DNA of 63,787 bases, filler included, from Basidiobolus ranarum (GCA_040143965.1; 32 parts of 32 records of this genome joined end to end with filler, not necessarily neighbours in it); one strand, 5' to 3'; shown: positions 1-12,780, counted from the first letter of the whole stretch. Made by a program: numbers and translations. The notes: generated by a model from the sequence alone, not told the origin.

Positions 1-192
1 TTAGGAGTGGGATTACATGATTGGTTAGGTTTCATGGAATGTTCCAAAGAACATGACTTTTGTATAAGGTAATCTGGATGATCTAACACAAGATTGCCAA
101 GAAGGGATGGCATAGCAGATATGATGTCATAATCTAATAATAGAAGTGTTCCATTTGCAGTGGATCTGTATGCCAAGATCAGAATCATGACA
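1..192 (-). mobile_element. Ty3/Gypsy LTR 5' portion (TGTCATGATTCTGATCTTGGCATAC family)
   Basis: Reverse complement matches LTR copies starting at 5568, 21250 and 41375. Confidence 0.8.
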
Positions 193-1846
193 GTTGCCAA
201 TCATCTATGGTAAAAATGTAGGAAAACTAATAAACATCTACTTGCTGAGATTTGATTCTACTCTCCACTTGTCAATAATCAAAGCCACTTCCTTTACTGT
301 AAATATTATGAGTGGACTAATGCTTGCCAATAACAAAGAGCTTGTAACAGAACCATTGTCTTCTTCTTAATCATGATAGAACACCTTGAGAATACTGTAC
401 TTGAGCTACAGTTACATGCTACTCCCTCCCTTCATTCTCATATGGTATTTCAATCAATCCCAGACCATACATATGAATGTCACTGCAACAATTTAGCAGA
501 GCAGAATATGTGTTGGACCATTAAGCCTGCACAATGACCATAAATTGCTTGGGTACATAAAAGTAGAAATCTTGTTGGAAAACTGGCCAACCAAAAGACT
601 GTGAATGTCAGAGCTGTCATCACTTGCTCTGGTGATCAGTGTTTTAACATATGGGAAACTGTGTAGAATCTTGCCCAAAATCATCTGGATTTAGCTAATT
701 GTGGAAAAACCAGAAACCAGGTGTTACTCTAAAACTTCTGGACTTATTTCATTAGGCTTATCCTGGGTTTTTGCAAGCAAATGGCAATAGGGCTAGTGTA
801 GGACTATTCTTGAAACATCTCAAAATTGTACATAATTATCAACTTGGAAAAGAAAGAAAAGCAGCTAATGCAGTACTCAAGGCACAGGAAATTAGTATAC
901 CCCAGGAAAAGCAAAGGAGCCTGTGAGATTAGGCTCTACTGTCCCACTTACTGAATTCTTCAAACATTTACAAAGATCTGCATTTCCAGAGTTAGATATA
1001 CTGGCAAAAAGCTTAATTTCACCATGGAACCAGGTACACCAGATGGAAGAGTGCTAAACTTGGAAGTTTATACAACACTTGATTTTCTCAACAGCCAAAA
1101 CATCAGCAAATAAAACTCACAACTCTCTAACCTCAACTGGTACTTTTCAAAGTGTTGAAATTAGCCCCAGACTTAAAGGCAAGAAAATAGCCATACAAAC
1201 ACCACAAAGTACCCTCATTAGTATAATACTAACAGTACATACAAAAATAGTCAATGCGCTTGAGGAGTATTTTCAAAAGTACAAAGGGAAAAACAAAGTG
1301 CAAGTATTTGCAAAAGTGGCTTCAGAAGAAGATCATTCAACTTGACATTCAGTCTGGGGTTGACCATGCAGATATCTGGAAAAAACTTAACATAGAATGG
1401 CACAGTAGCACAGGATATCTGCCAAATAGCTGGAAGAATATTAATTCAGCAACATTATTACAATAGTGGGCTTTGATGGAGATATTGATACAAACTCATG
1501 TTGGATATGAGCTAAACCTTGGGTATGAAGAACTCTATAAGAATATTCAGGAGAATATAATGGAGAAACTAGGGATTTTGAAGGTGATAAATTAGCATAC
1601 AAGTTGCAAATGTGAAAAATTTGAGTTACATCTTTCACACATGTGTTGATCCATAGTTCTCTGAAACTGTAGCCAATCATGCACTACTATTTTGCACAAT
1701 CTTAAAATTTCACTCTTGAAACTGAAAATTTTGATTAAAATCAAATCTAACTTGATGGTTTTATGATAGTAAGTAAAAGTCAATCCCAAATGGATTAAAA
1801 TTGTGACAGTTGTCCTATGATGATAATCCTCACATTTCTGTTAAGG
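193..1846 (+). mobile_element. Degenerate copy of CCCTAAC-terminus DNA transposon (CMC/EnSpm-like) with disrupted ORF
   Basis: Homologous to 55928-57153 and 33019-33902; ends in CATTTCTGTTAAGG, a degenerate form of the ...TTTCTGTTAGGG terminus. Confidence 0.8.
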
Positions 1847-1904
1847 TTCCAGAGTCAGATATGCTGGCAAAAAAGCTTAATTTCACCATGGAACCAGGTA
1901 CACC

Positions 1905-2004
1905 NNNNNNNNNNNNNNNNNNNNNNNNNNNNNNNNNNNNNNNNNNNNTTAATTAATTAANNNNNNNNNNNNNNNNNNNNNNNNNNNNNNNNNNNNNNNN
2001 NNNN
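1905..2004. other. Artificial contig linker N44-TTAATTAATTAA-N44; first of 31 such linkers spaced about 2 kb apart
   Basis: Identical 100-bp spacer with stops in all frames recurs through the window; contig lengths shrink steadily. Confidence 0.99.
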
Positions 2005-2292
2005 ATAGGACTTGTGAGCCCATAAGCGATGGTAACCTAATAGAATAGCAATTGTTCAGTAAAGTAATGTAAAATGAAGATAAAGTGAAAGAAACACACC
2101 GCCAGTGATACCAAATGCTGAGATGTAGTAGTAAAATAAAGTCCAAAGAAGGGTTTTAGTGGGCATTGGAGTATTCGTGAAACCATAAAGTGCAATAAGA
2201 GGAGTTGAGATCAACAAGACACAATGAATCTTGTGAAGACGGTCCCATAGTGGGCGTTTCTCCCACGGAATACTCTCGACTTTCGCTGCCAT
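2005..2292 (-). CDS. OLE1: Acyl-CoA delta-9 fatty acid desaturase, 5' part (intron 2037-2099)
   Basis: Splicing gives ...AFGITGGYHRLWAHKSY, the first histidine box; GT-AG intron. Confidence 0.9.
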
Positions 2293-3676
2293 GGCTCGTT
2301 AAGATTGTTTGAAGAAGCTGCAAGTATTGCTTGACTTTCAACGGGATATCTACACATCATTATATAGGATATGGCCATCTCTTTGAGTCCAATCAAGTTC
2401 GAGATATGACAAGACATTCCAGGCCATCAATTAAGACCATGGAATCAAATCTAAAGTGAATAAAATAGCAATTCCCCAGTGTAGTGTAGTGTAATCGTAC
2501 TTGGAACCGTGCACCTTAAATTGAATCTAGAATCCAAGACCCCACTACGATAACTTGCTGGAAAGAAGTATACAATTCCCATTGTACAGATTAGATAATG
2601 CAATTTAAATGGTGAAAAACAACATCCACCACTCCACACGATTAAACCTCAGATCTTCAAGAACCGATGAAGCAATAGAGCGCTCTAGCTACTACTGAGA
2701 TTCTGATCTAAACGTGGCATCATTTCCTCCACTCTACGTGTTAAAGAATCCTTTCGTATGATGAATCCAGGCCTCTACATTTAAGGCAGGGACAGAGTCT
2801 GTTAATAAGTATCCAATAGAATAGAAACTATTCCGATGACTTTGATTTCAATTGGCTAAGTAGTCGGTGTGAGCACTTATAACCCCTAGTATTGGTGGGT
2901 AGATATCACGCGAACTTCAAATCTGCCCAATCATGATCCAACTAGTTGTCAACAATGGATTTTCCAGTCAGTTTAAGTATTCTCTTAACTAACCATACAA
3001 ATTACTCAAGTGTGATATTTTTGGTTTATCTCCGCATCTTTACGGCATATCCAACAGTGAGGTAAGGATATAGCATAGTGAGAGCACTTATGAACATTGG
3101 GCCTTTCTTTGGTAACTTCATTGGTGGCAGACTCAAGAAAAGAAAATTTGTGAGATCCAGCACTTCCCCTCCATATAGGTGCGCAAACTCTTAGATGTGT
3201 TAATGATGTACATCATAGGAAACTTAATCTGTTTCACTTAAAATCACAAATATTGTTGAAGTTTATTATCTTTATCATGTTTATTATGCCTATCCTTATA
3301 CATCTAACTATTCCTTATATCACATCTAAGTTAGTTAACAGTATTTAGTCAAATATCACTTAGCTGAAAATCGGAACATATTTTCAGTATATATATATGA
3401 ATTATCCAAGAATTGGCAATGTCATACTTACAGTCTCAGCGTCATCCATATTGGCTCAAAATGGTTCATTTCACTCTGAGCACAATTGCATTGTTTTTTT
3501 CTGTATTTCCACCAAATATAAATACTTAATTTCCGGTCAATTATTAAGTATCTCACAAGTTAATCATCCACCCAAAAGCCTAACTTTTCCCAATAGTACA
3601 TTCACTAAGAATTCTCTACATTCTCAACAGTGCACTTCAGTTGAGCTATATTTCTAAATACCGAGGAACTAGTAGC

Positions 3677-3793
3677 TGTTGCAAAAGACATAGTTTAAGC
3701 ATATATATAGGCATATAGTTAGCTACCTAAATTTCACTGTTATTATTTAATATCTTAAAGAGGAATTTACGCTCAATATTGAGACCAACTTAG
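3677..3793 (+). mobile_element. Copia-type LTR fragment (subfamily B), interrupted by a subfamily A LTR
   Basis: Starts TGTTG; reverse complement similar to 28615-28730. Confidence 0.65.
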
Positions 3794-3907
3794 TGTTAAA
3801 GTATTTGGGAGTCTGTTGGAAGTGGTTTGGAGAATTAGAGGAATTGGTGGTTTTCACTTATTGATTTATTGAGTAGAAAGTTGACATTTATAGTTTTGTC
3901 AAGATGT
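3794..3907 (-). mobile_element. Copia LTR fragment (subfamily A)
   Basis: TGTTAAAGTATTTGGGAG...GGAAGTGGTTTGGAGAATTAGAGG shared with 6685, 19062, 27248, 54359. Confidence 0.85.
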
Positions 3908-4007
3908 NNNNNNNNNNNNNNNNNNNNNNNNNNNNNNNNNNNNNNNNNNNNTTAATTAATTAANNNNNNNNNNNNNNNNNNNNNNNNNNNNNNNNNNNNN
4001 NNNNNNN

Positions 4008-5537
4008 CTTTTGCCAACAAATACTTTCCTAATGAAGCCCCACCAACTTCAAATTAATGCAACTGCTCTTTCTCTGCCTAGTTCAAGCACATTCCATGAA
4101 AAGTCCACAAACTTGAATCAGAAGACCTACTGGTAAAATTGAGCAAGAAAGTTCAGGATATACCCAAAGGCCCCTCAAGCTTGAACATGTGCCACCATTT
4201 CTCCATGATCAACCATCTTTTGTTTTACAAGTAGTGTCTTTGCATTCCAGACCACATTTTCAGACTCATAGTCATGCAGGAAAGACAAGACTCACCACTT
4301 GAAGGACATTTTGGAATTACCAAATCATATATGTTGGCATCCAGGGATTTTTGGTAGCCTAAAAAGCTTGCATTTGTCAAGACACATGTTTCCATCTGTG
4401 ATACCTGTGCTCAAGCAAAGACTCAAGATATCAGCCCTATGACCTCCTACAACCGCTTCCAGTCCTTGATCAGAAGTGGAAATTCATACTCCTGGATTTC
4501 ATCACTAATATACCCTTGTCTGCCACATATGTTTCAATTCTATTAATTGTTGACTGTCTAACAAAGATGGCCCACTTGGTGCCCTGCAACAGGTAAATTG
4601 ACACAAGACAAACAGCAGAATTGGTAACTTGAATATCTTCTGCCTACATGGACTCCCTGAAACTATCATCTCTGACTGAGGCCCTTGTTTGCTTCCAATT
4701 TCTGGAAAATTCTTCTAGAAACCTTGCATATCTCTGCCAATTTCTCTACTGCCTTCCATCCCCAATTGTATTGCTAAGCGGGAAGAGTCAACCAAATTTT
4801 GGAGCAATATTTGCAATGCACTATAAACTATAAGCACAATAATTGAATACCACTCTTGCCTCTTCCTGATTTTGCTTACAACAACTCTGACCATACCTCA
4901 CAAAACAGATTCCTTTCTTTGCAAATAATACATTGCATCCTTGTTTCACAATTCACCCACCATCCAATCTACCTTGGCCTGCTGCCTCAAACCATGCCTC
5001 TTTTCTTAAGAAAATCCATAAATAATTATTCACCAAGTTGGAGCATGCTGAATCCCAATACAAGAACTTTGCTGATAAGAAAAGAAAGCAAACCCCAGAT
5101 CTCAAGTCAGGGGATTATGTATTTTCATTCAGTAAAAATATTAAGACCATTAGATCTTGTGATAAATTTGACCATAAATGCAAGGGCCTGTTAAGACTAT
5201 TAAGCAAAGCAGTTCAGTAGCCTTCTGCCTTGAACTCACAGACCATTCCAAAGTCCACAATGTATTCCATATGTCTCTCCTAGAGCTAAATTTTAGAAAC
5301 ACCTTCCATAGCAACTCCATTGACCCACCTACAGCAATCCAAGTTGAAGAACACTCTTAATATGAAGTAAGCAAATTCTAGAGTCCCAAATTTATCAATG
5401 TAAATAGCAATATTAAGTGGACTGGAAGGGATACACAACAATTTATCAATCTCAGAAGCCAGCTACAAATCTTTTCAGCTCTAAGGAACTTTGCTAGGAG
5501 TTTCATGAAGCCTACCCCAAAAAACCGGGCCCTATGA
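4008..5537 (+). mobile_element. Degenerate Ty3/Gypsy chromovirus integrase plus chromodomain
   Basis: Remnant motifs LDFIT..LP, VDCLTKMAH, LPLPDFAYNNSDH, KVHNVFHMSLL, VDWKGY...EFHEAYPKKPGP; many stops and frameshifts. Confidence 0.85.
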
Positions 5538-5567
5538 TGTGGAAACCATCACTAAAGAAGTGTATAC

Positions 5568-5826
5568 TGTCATGATTCTGATATTGGCATACTCATCCAC
5601 TGCAAGTGAAATTCTTCTATTATTAGAGTATGACATCATTTCTGCAGTGCCATCCTTTCTTGGCAACATTGTGCTGGTTCATCCATGTTTCCTTGTATGG
5701 AAGTCATACACTTTGGAATATTCCACAAAACTCAACCAATCACATCATTCCACAAATAGTAGATTTCCACCCAGACCTTCCATGGAAGGTCACCGGATCA
5801 TCCTTCCATCATCCCCCTTTGTATTG
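5568..5826 (+). mobile_element. Gypsy 3' LTR (truncated by CCCTAAC insertion)
   Basis: Starts TGTCATG after purine-rich AAAGAAG tract downstream of chromodomain; repeated at 21250 and 41375. Confidence 0.8.
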
Positions 5827-5910
5827 CCCTAACAGAAATTTGAGGATTGACATTGTAGGAAAATCATCACAATTTTAATCCATTTGCAATTGACTGTTTA
5901 CTTACCATTA
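5827..5910 (-). mobile_element. CCCTAAC element terminus
   Basis: CCCTAACAGAAATTTGAGGATTG... Confidence 0.85.
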
Positions 5911-6010
5911 NNNNNNNNNNNNNNNNNNNNNNNNNNNNNNNNNNNNNNNNNNNNTTAATTAATTAANNNNNNNNNNNNNNNNNNNNNNNNNNNNNNNNNN
6001 NNNNNNNNNN

Positions 6011-6684
6011 TGATTAGATATAACTCAACAACATCAATATGCTCTACCAGCAAACTACCCATGGAAAAAATGCTAAACATCTGACATTTTGAATAGCACT
6101 GCCCCTTGGCAAATTGCTGACGCATGTTACTGTTCACAATGAGAATAAGCTCTTGGATTTTGGCATTTCCTTAAAGAATTCAGCCAATATATCCCCAACT
6201 TGCTGACAAAAAATGTCCTGCCACAGTAGATGTGTCATTGCTTTAATAAATTACCCCATGGCTAAAACAATAATACTGCATATCTTGATCTATCTCACCA
6301 AGAAGTCTGTCTTGCTGCTTTCCCAAAAATAATGTCATATAATCACACAAGCAAATTAATCTGATTATAGAGGTACTTACTCCATGTCCATGGATTGGGT
6401 TTTGTTGCTGTTATTGTGCTCAAACAATGCAAAAACCTGTGAGCACATTGAATAGAGCCCTTTGTTAGAAGGCTAATATACTCTCAAGTCTCCTTCACCC
6501 ATTGCATTACATCCATCACTGATTTTGCTGATACATTGTTAATAAAATTAGCATATGGTAATACTGACAATTTCACATGGAGCACCATTTCCCACAGATG
6601 CACTCTATTGGGAACTCCCAGAATGTATAGCAAGGGCCTATAATCTGTAAGCATTGTGAAAGATGCAGCAGGGAGTGTATTGAA
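6011..6684 (-). mobile_element. Degenerate CACTA/EnSpm transposase C-terminal region
   Basis: Overlaps by homology with the end of the transposase at 49655-49735 (HSLLHLSQCL.DY.P...FWEFP) and with 54800-55545. Confidence 0.75.
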
Positions 6685-7026
6685 TGTTGAAGTATTCGGA
6701 AGCCTGTTGGAAGTGGTTCGGAGAATTAGAGGAATTGGTGGTTTTCACACATAAATTTATTGAGTAGAAAGTTGACATTTACAATTTGTCAAGATGTGAA
6801 CAAACAGGCATGTAGAATGTGCTAAGGAAGGTCCCAGGAATATGTGTGTAAAATTTGGGGTCTCTAGCACAAGTTTGAAAAATCTATATATCAGGGAACC
6901 TCTAAGTTGTAAAAATATTCTAAGTTCCAGTTGAAAATAATGAATAATATCTTAGAGAATTATAGAATAACTCAATACTAAGCTATATATGACTATATAG
7001 GTGCTTAGGCAAAGCTAATTTCAACA
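6685..7026 (-). mobile_element. Copia 3' LTR (TG...CA) preceded by polypurine tract at 7027-7038
   Basis: Minus strand reads GTTGAAGGAGAG then TGTTGAAATTAGC, directly after the RNase H end. Confidence 0.9.
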
Positions 7027-7039
7027 CTCTCCTTCAACT

Positions 7040-7913
7040 AAATAATCTTATAATCTAATCCTAATAAAGGTCTAAATTTCTCAAATATCTGTGTAGATAA
7101 TGGTTTGGTTAATGTACCAGCAATCATATCTTCCATAGAACAATAAGTTAAATCAAAAACTTTTTCTCTATAGACTCTCTAATGAAGTGATGCTTAATAT
7201 CTATGAATTTGCTTCTATTATGAAACATAGGATATTTAGCTAATTTGATACAACTTTGCTTATCTTGAAATATAGTAGTTGGTAAATTTTGAGAATAACC
7301 CAAATCTGGTGAGAGTTTTCTTAACCATATTACTTCTTTTGTTACCTCACAGGTGGCCATGTATTCAGCTTCTGTGGTTGAAGGTGCTGCAGTAGGTTAT
7401 TTCTTTGAATTCCAAGAAATAACTCCATTAAAGCAAAGAAATAAGTATCTTGTTGTAGATCTCCTGTCTTCTATATCTCTTCCCCAATTTGCATCTGAAT
7501 ATCCCATCAGATCAAAGTTTGATCCAGAATATGTGTATTCTAAGCATAGATCCACAGTATGTATCAAATATCTGAAAATCTGCTTAAATACTGCAATTTG
7601 AACAGATCCATAATTTTTTAGATATTGACACATGACTCTTACAGAATATGCAACATCTGGCTGTTTTCCTACCATGATATACATCAAAATTCCAACCATT
7701 TATTCATAAGGAAATTTCTGGCTTTCATTTGAATCCAAAAACATCTGATTTGAGACATTTTTGGTCAAGTTAACATTTGTCTACATTGAGGTAGATATTG
7801 GATTACATTCTTCCATTTTAAACTTCTTTAGTATATCTAGGATATATTTAGACTGGTTTAAAGCTATTGTCTTGATATTTCTATTTATCTTAATTTCGAT
7901 TCCAAGATAGTAT
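7040..7913 (-). mobile_element. Copia RT C-terminus and RNase H, degenerate
   Basis: GYSDANWG..EDRRSTT, ISWNSKK, STTEAEYMA, HNRSKFIDIKHHFIRE, MIAGTLTKPL. Confidence 0.92.
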
Positions 7914-8013
7914 NNNNNNNNNNNNNNNNNNNNNNNNNNNNNNNNNNNNNNNNNNNNTTAATTAATTAANNNNNNNNNNNNNNNNNNNNNNNNNNNNNNN
8001 NNNNNNNNNNNNN

Positions 8014-8293
8014 CTAGGGATTTCAAAGGTGACAAATTAGCATTCAAGTGGTAATTGTGTAAAAATTTGAGTTACATTTTTTGCACCTGTGTTGATCCAT
8101 AGTTCTTTGAGATTTTAGCCAATCATTTGCAACTATTTTGTGAGATCTTGAAATTTCACTCCTGAAACTGAAAAAATTGATTAAAATCAAATCTAACTTG
8201 ACAGTTTTCTGATGGTAAGTAAACGGTCATTCTCAAATGGATTAAAATTGTGATGGCTTTCCTATGATAACAATCCTCAAATTTCTGTTAGGG
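8014..8293 (+). mobile_element. CCCTAAC element right end
   Basis: Ends ...CAATCCTCAAATTTCTGTTAGGG. Confidence 0.85.
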
Positions 8294-8604
8294 TATGGCT
8301 GGAATACAAAGCCTAATATATCTGAATAAAGGCATGCATATTAAATCAAATTCCTAAAGCAGTAAACGCAGTAATTTGCCATTTGAAAATTACATTTTTT
8401 CAAAAATTGATTGAAATTAAATAACGCATGCCAAATTTGAGGATCAATATTTTAACATGTATGAATACTGTCAAGAAACTGCCATCACACCATCAAATTC
8501 CCTGGCAGAATCCAAACCACCAATATTGTGATGGTTTTCTGATAGTTTTGCTATTTTGGAGGGTGGATCTGATCCAGATCAAATTGATTTTATTTTTGTT
8601 AGGG
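8294..8604. mobile_element. Second, distinct CCCTAAC-type terminus (opposite end or sister family)
   Basis: Ends ...ATTTTTGTTAGGG; contains AAATTTGAGGAT and TTGTGATGGTTTTC motifs also present in the common end. Confidence 0.55.
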
Positions 8605-9847
8605 CATTGAACATGCCTTCTCTATTAAAGTCTTATTCATCCTTTCTGCTACTCCATTTTGTTCTGCACTATATGGAATTTTAAATTGCTGCGGAATTCC
8701 TTTTTTTGACAAAAGCTAGTCATGGCTTCATTGCTAAATTCTGTTCCATTATCACTGAGTAGGTATTTGATTTTTCTTCCTGTCATGGTTGTGACCACTG
8801 CTTCATATATCTGGAAATATTGAAACACTTCTCCTTTGCTCTACAGAAGATAAGAAAATGTGAAGTGTGATTCATTGTCATCAAAGATGAGTCAATATTG
8901 TTACTTACTTGGTATCAGAGTTTGCATTGGGCCACATAAGGCTCTATGAATATGATCCAAGAAATCTTTGGCTTTGCTAGCTCCTTCATTTGGAAATGGT
9001 TTTCTGGTGATTTTCCCTTGAATACAGCTTTCATATTAATTAATATCTGAGGGCTTAAGATCCATTCCAGTACATAGGCTACTTTTATATAATAGTTTCA
9101 CACTATTATAGTTGAGATGACCCAAGCACTGATGCCAAGTCATCAAGTTTCCAGAAGTAATTGTTGCAAAGTTAGAAACAGTCTTAGTTTTTGGTGTAAT
9201 ATTTAGGTGATATATATTCCCAAATCTTGTTCCAGATGCTTCCATCAAGTCCTTTGATTTGTATATGGTTGCTTTTTATTTGCTGAATTTGACATCATAA
9301 TGTTTCTTTTCAATTGCTCAAATTGAAAATAGATTTGTTCTAAATGATGAAATTGTTAAGACATCTTCCCAGATTACTGTTACACTTTTGGCTTTATTTA
9401 TTTGTAAGTCAAGTGCAACCTTTCCCATTCCATATGCAACCAGTTTGTTTCTTCCAGCCACTGTGATGTCCAGAGGTTCTATTTTCTTATAGTCCAGCAT
9501 TATGTTTCTATTGTGACACATATGATCACTTGCACCAGAATCCAGAATCCATACATAAGCAGAGTCATTTCCGGATGTAGAGGTTGCCATAAGTACATAG
9601 TGTTCATTTCCTCTTTTAGTGGTGTTATATGATCCCTTTTTCTTTGAAACCCATTTCTTCTTGGATCTGCAATAACATGCTATGTGTCCCAGTCTTCCAC
9701 TTTTGAAACATTTCACAGTGCTCCTTTCTGATTGTCTATGTTAAGAATAAGATGCTTGTGTTGTTTTTATTTCATCTACAAGCTGACTTTTGTTTATCCT
9801 TTTCAATTCTTCTTGACAATGACAAGTAATCAGATAATGCTGAGTAA
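8605..9847 (-). mobile_element. Copia gag zinc knuckle, protease, GAG-pre-integrase and integrase core, degenerate
   Basis: CFKSGRLGHIACYC, WILDSGASDHMC, WHQCLGHLN, LCGPMQT, LLSDNGTEF, NGVAER. Confidence 0.9.
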
Positions 9848-9914
9848 CCCTAACAGAAATTTGAGGATTGTTATCGTAGGAAAACCGTCACAATTTTAAT
9901 CCATTTGGGATTGA
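9848..9914 (-). mobile_element. CCCTAAC element terminus (CpG intact)
   Basis: CCCTAACAGAAATTTGAGGATTGTTATCGTAGGAAAACCGTCAC. Confidence 0.85.
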
Positions 9915-10014
9915 NNNNNNNNNNNNNNNNNNNNNNNNNNNNNNNNNNNNNNNNNNNNTTAATTAATTAANNNNNNNNNNNNNNNNNNNNNNNNNNNNNN
10001 NNNNNNNNNNNNNN

Positions 10015-10648
10015 TTGATCGAGTAGTAAATTTTCCGGTTTCAAGTCACGATAGATAACATTTTTGGAATGGAGATATTCAATCGCCTGAACTATTTCTG
10101 CAGCATAGAAACGAGTCATATCGTTTGTAAAACGGCCTGCACGTCTTAGATGTGAGAACAACTCACCACCAATGATATACTCAAGTAACATGTACAAATT
10201 TTTGCCATCTTGAAAGGAGCAAAAGCTAGGCCGAGAATTCAATGACATATACATACAATACATAGGAGTGACTTCTACTTACAGATTAACAATGAAGGGA
10301 AATTGTATCTGAGCCAGTATGTTCTTTTCCGAATTTATATGTTCCACTTGTTTCAACCGAACGACGTCCACTTTTTTTAACACTTTCATGGCGTAATAAT
10401 CGTCTGTACCCTTATATTTGGTTAAGAATACTCTTCCAAAGGTACCCGTACCTAAATAGGAGATTAGCACGGAGAAGAAAAATCTATACATTCCTCATTT
10501 TACCTAGAGTTTGCAACAGCTCAAAATCTTCTAAAGAATATTGCTTTTGAGATGGTTGAGTCATCTTTTCTCTCCTTGAATTACTCAGAGGCTGTTCCCT
10601 ATCTCGTTCGGAAACCTCTGACTGAGTTGAATAGGCATTAGCAGCCAT
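10015..10648 (-). CDS. cAMP-dependent protein kinase catalytic subunit-like (PKA/PRKX) kinase, 5' part; introns 10452-10503 and 10226-10282
   Basis: [58 protein letters not shown]; splice sites restore frame. Confidence 0.95.
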
Positions 10649-11370
10649 TCTCAACCGCGTTTTACAGTAATTTAGGTTTTACACCTGAAAGCTATCCTGT
10701 CTTAAAAAGGGAACCCAAAGTTTTAAAAGAGTGGAGGAAAGAAAAGGTGATGTTTCGCAGATTCTCGAAAAAAAAAAGAGGAGAGAGCAGGTGCAAGGAA
10801 AGATAGAGTAATTCAAGCACCAATATTAGTACTAGAATAAAGTATTCAAGGAGCAGAATAGTATAAAGAGGAAAAAGATCTGGATTGCCCTCACCTTAGC
10901 AAGAAATGAATATACCAGTTATATCCTACCTTACCCTCAATACCAAGCCACATTGAATCATATATGTTTGATTTGCACTTATTATCGTTATCATAGGATA
11001 CATTAAAATCCCTTGTTTCTGTATCTGGCCATTTGACAATACGTAGGGACTGCGTTCTCCTTACTACGTCCTGGAACCGCTATATTTGCCTATCTTCGGT
11101 ATTATCATCAATTTATCACAAATACGATGAAACTTCCCTCTGTTTCATGTGGAATTATGACGGTATTCAGTGATCAACTTTTAGATAAGAAACTCCATTT
11201 ATTTCTCTAAGGCTTTGTCTGAGACGATTATACAATGGGTTTTTAATTGATGCTGAGTTGAAATAGCTGGTGTTAGTAATATACAAGGAATGTTTCATTT
11301 GGGAACTTGGGAATTTTACAACTATGGTTAGTATTGCGATATAGTAAGTAAAGCGAGATTCACAAGGAAA

Positions 11371-11742
11371 TCAAGCTGAGTTTGTGGCCGATTGAGCATT
11401 AGACAGTACAATGATTAATTTGGATAATCTTTGATTTAATACACTAACAGGTACAGGGGGTCTATAGTAACATTTCCAACTATCGTTATGGATGGACATG
11501 GCCACCTCTCCATCTTCAAGTTTAGGCAAAAGCTCCTTCAACGATTCGATTGAGTTTCGAAGTTCATTCTTTAACGCACGTAAACCCAGCATCTGCCACT
11601 GTCGAGAAATGTTCATGGTTTTTTGTAACGTTGCAAAGTCTAGGTATTTGAACATTCTATCCAATATTTCAATCGGTAGAATAAACGATTTCGTTACAAA
11701 TACTGGTGTTCTTTCCACGAGTTTTCCTAATCTATCCAGCAT
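11371..11742 (-). CDS. F-box domain protein (partial)
   Basis: LPIEILDRMFKYLDFATLQKTMNISRQW matches the F-box pattern. Confidence 0.7.
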   Translation of the reverse strand: MLDRLGKLVERTPVFVTKSFILPIEILDRMFKYLDFATLQKTMNISRQWQMLGLRALKNELRNSIESLKELLPKLEDGEVAMSIHNDSWKCYYRPPVPVSVLNQRLSKLIIVLSNAQSATNSA

Positions 11743-12129
11743 TTTGTCAGCATGATAAATGGTACGTAGCGAGCGTACTTCCGCTTCAAATCGGGTTGCG
11801 CTAAGGAAAGAGATCAGTGAGTGGTGTCCATAAAAACCCGCGTCTCTACCATATTTGATTGGCGATTTCTTCAGCGTGTAAGGCTGAATATGAAGTATCG
11901 CTGGGCAAATATTTGNNNNNNNNNNNNNNNNNNNNNNNNNNNNNNNNNNNNNNNNNNNNTTAATTAATTAANNNNNNNNNNNNNNNNNNNNNNNNNNNNN
12001 NNNNNNNNNNNNNNNAACTGTGAGTCTCTGAGGATTTGTGAATATTATTAGACTCAGGTATTTGCAATTAATTAATGTTGCAAATACCTGAGAACTTGCT
12101 AGGATCGCGAGTTACTGATGACTTGAGAG

Positions 12130-12780
12130 CTACATAAAACTCTGGACAGCCTTCACATCCTTGTACAACAAGACAAAGTTTTGTATCCTGGTTTCTCTGA
12201 TACTCCTGCTTGGATTGTCAGTGCTGCAAATACCTATGGTCGTGTTCATGGTAAGACACCATTCAGCATTTATCATGGAATGTCATGAGAAGGGACTTTG
12301 AGCGCGAGATTATCCCCATGGCATGTCACTTTGGCATGACTCTGGCACCTTGGGACGTTCTTGGTGGTGGCAAATTCAAGACAAAAGCAGAAATTGCTGA
12401 ACATAAGAAGAAGGGAGAAGGCTTTCGAAGCACATTCGGCGAAGAGCAGAGCAAAGAAGAGGCATGAATTAGTGGGGCACTAGAAGAAGTGGCATTAGAA
12501 CAAAGAGTCAAGCCGATAACTGCCATTGCTATTGCGTACGTTATGGCCAAAGCACCACACGTGTTCCCCCTAGTTGGTGAGAGAAGAGTAGAGCAACTTG
12601 AGGGCAAGATTGAGGCATTGAATATCAAGCTGACAAGTTAACAAATTGAGTATTTGGAGAGCATCAATTCATTTGACGTAGGCTTTCCTAATGATCTCAT
12701 TGGGCCAGATCCAAAGATAACTGGCAAGTTTACTGGACCTACAGCAGCTTTAGCAATTGGACAAGTAGACAGATTAGAGT
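12130..12780 (+). pseudogene. Aryl-alcohol dehydrogenase / aldo-keto reductase pseudogene fragment
   Basis: [62 protein letters not shown]; in-frame stops and frameshifts. Confidence 0.85.

Noticed and set aside
1905-2004. Regularly spaced TTAATTAATTAA palindromes as a biological repeat array
   Set aside because: They sit in the middle of N runs with fixed geometry; they are assembly linkers, and ORFs ending XXXLIN or XXXN are artefacts
5827-5840. piggyBac assignment for the CCC-terminated element
   Set aside because: Flanks are not TTAA at the junctions examined
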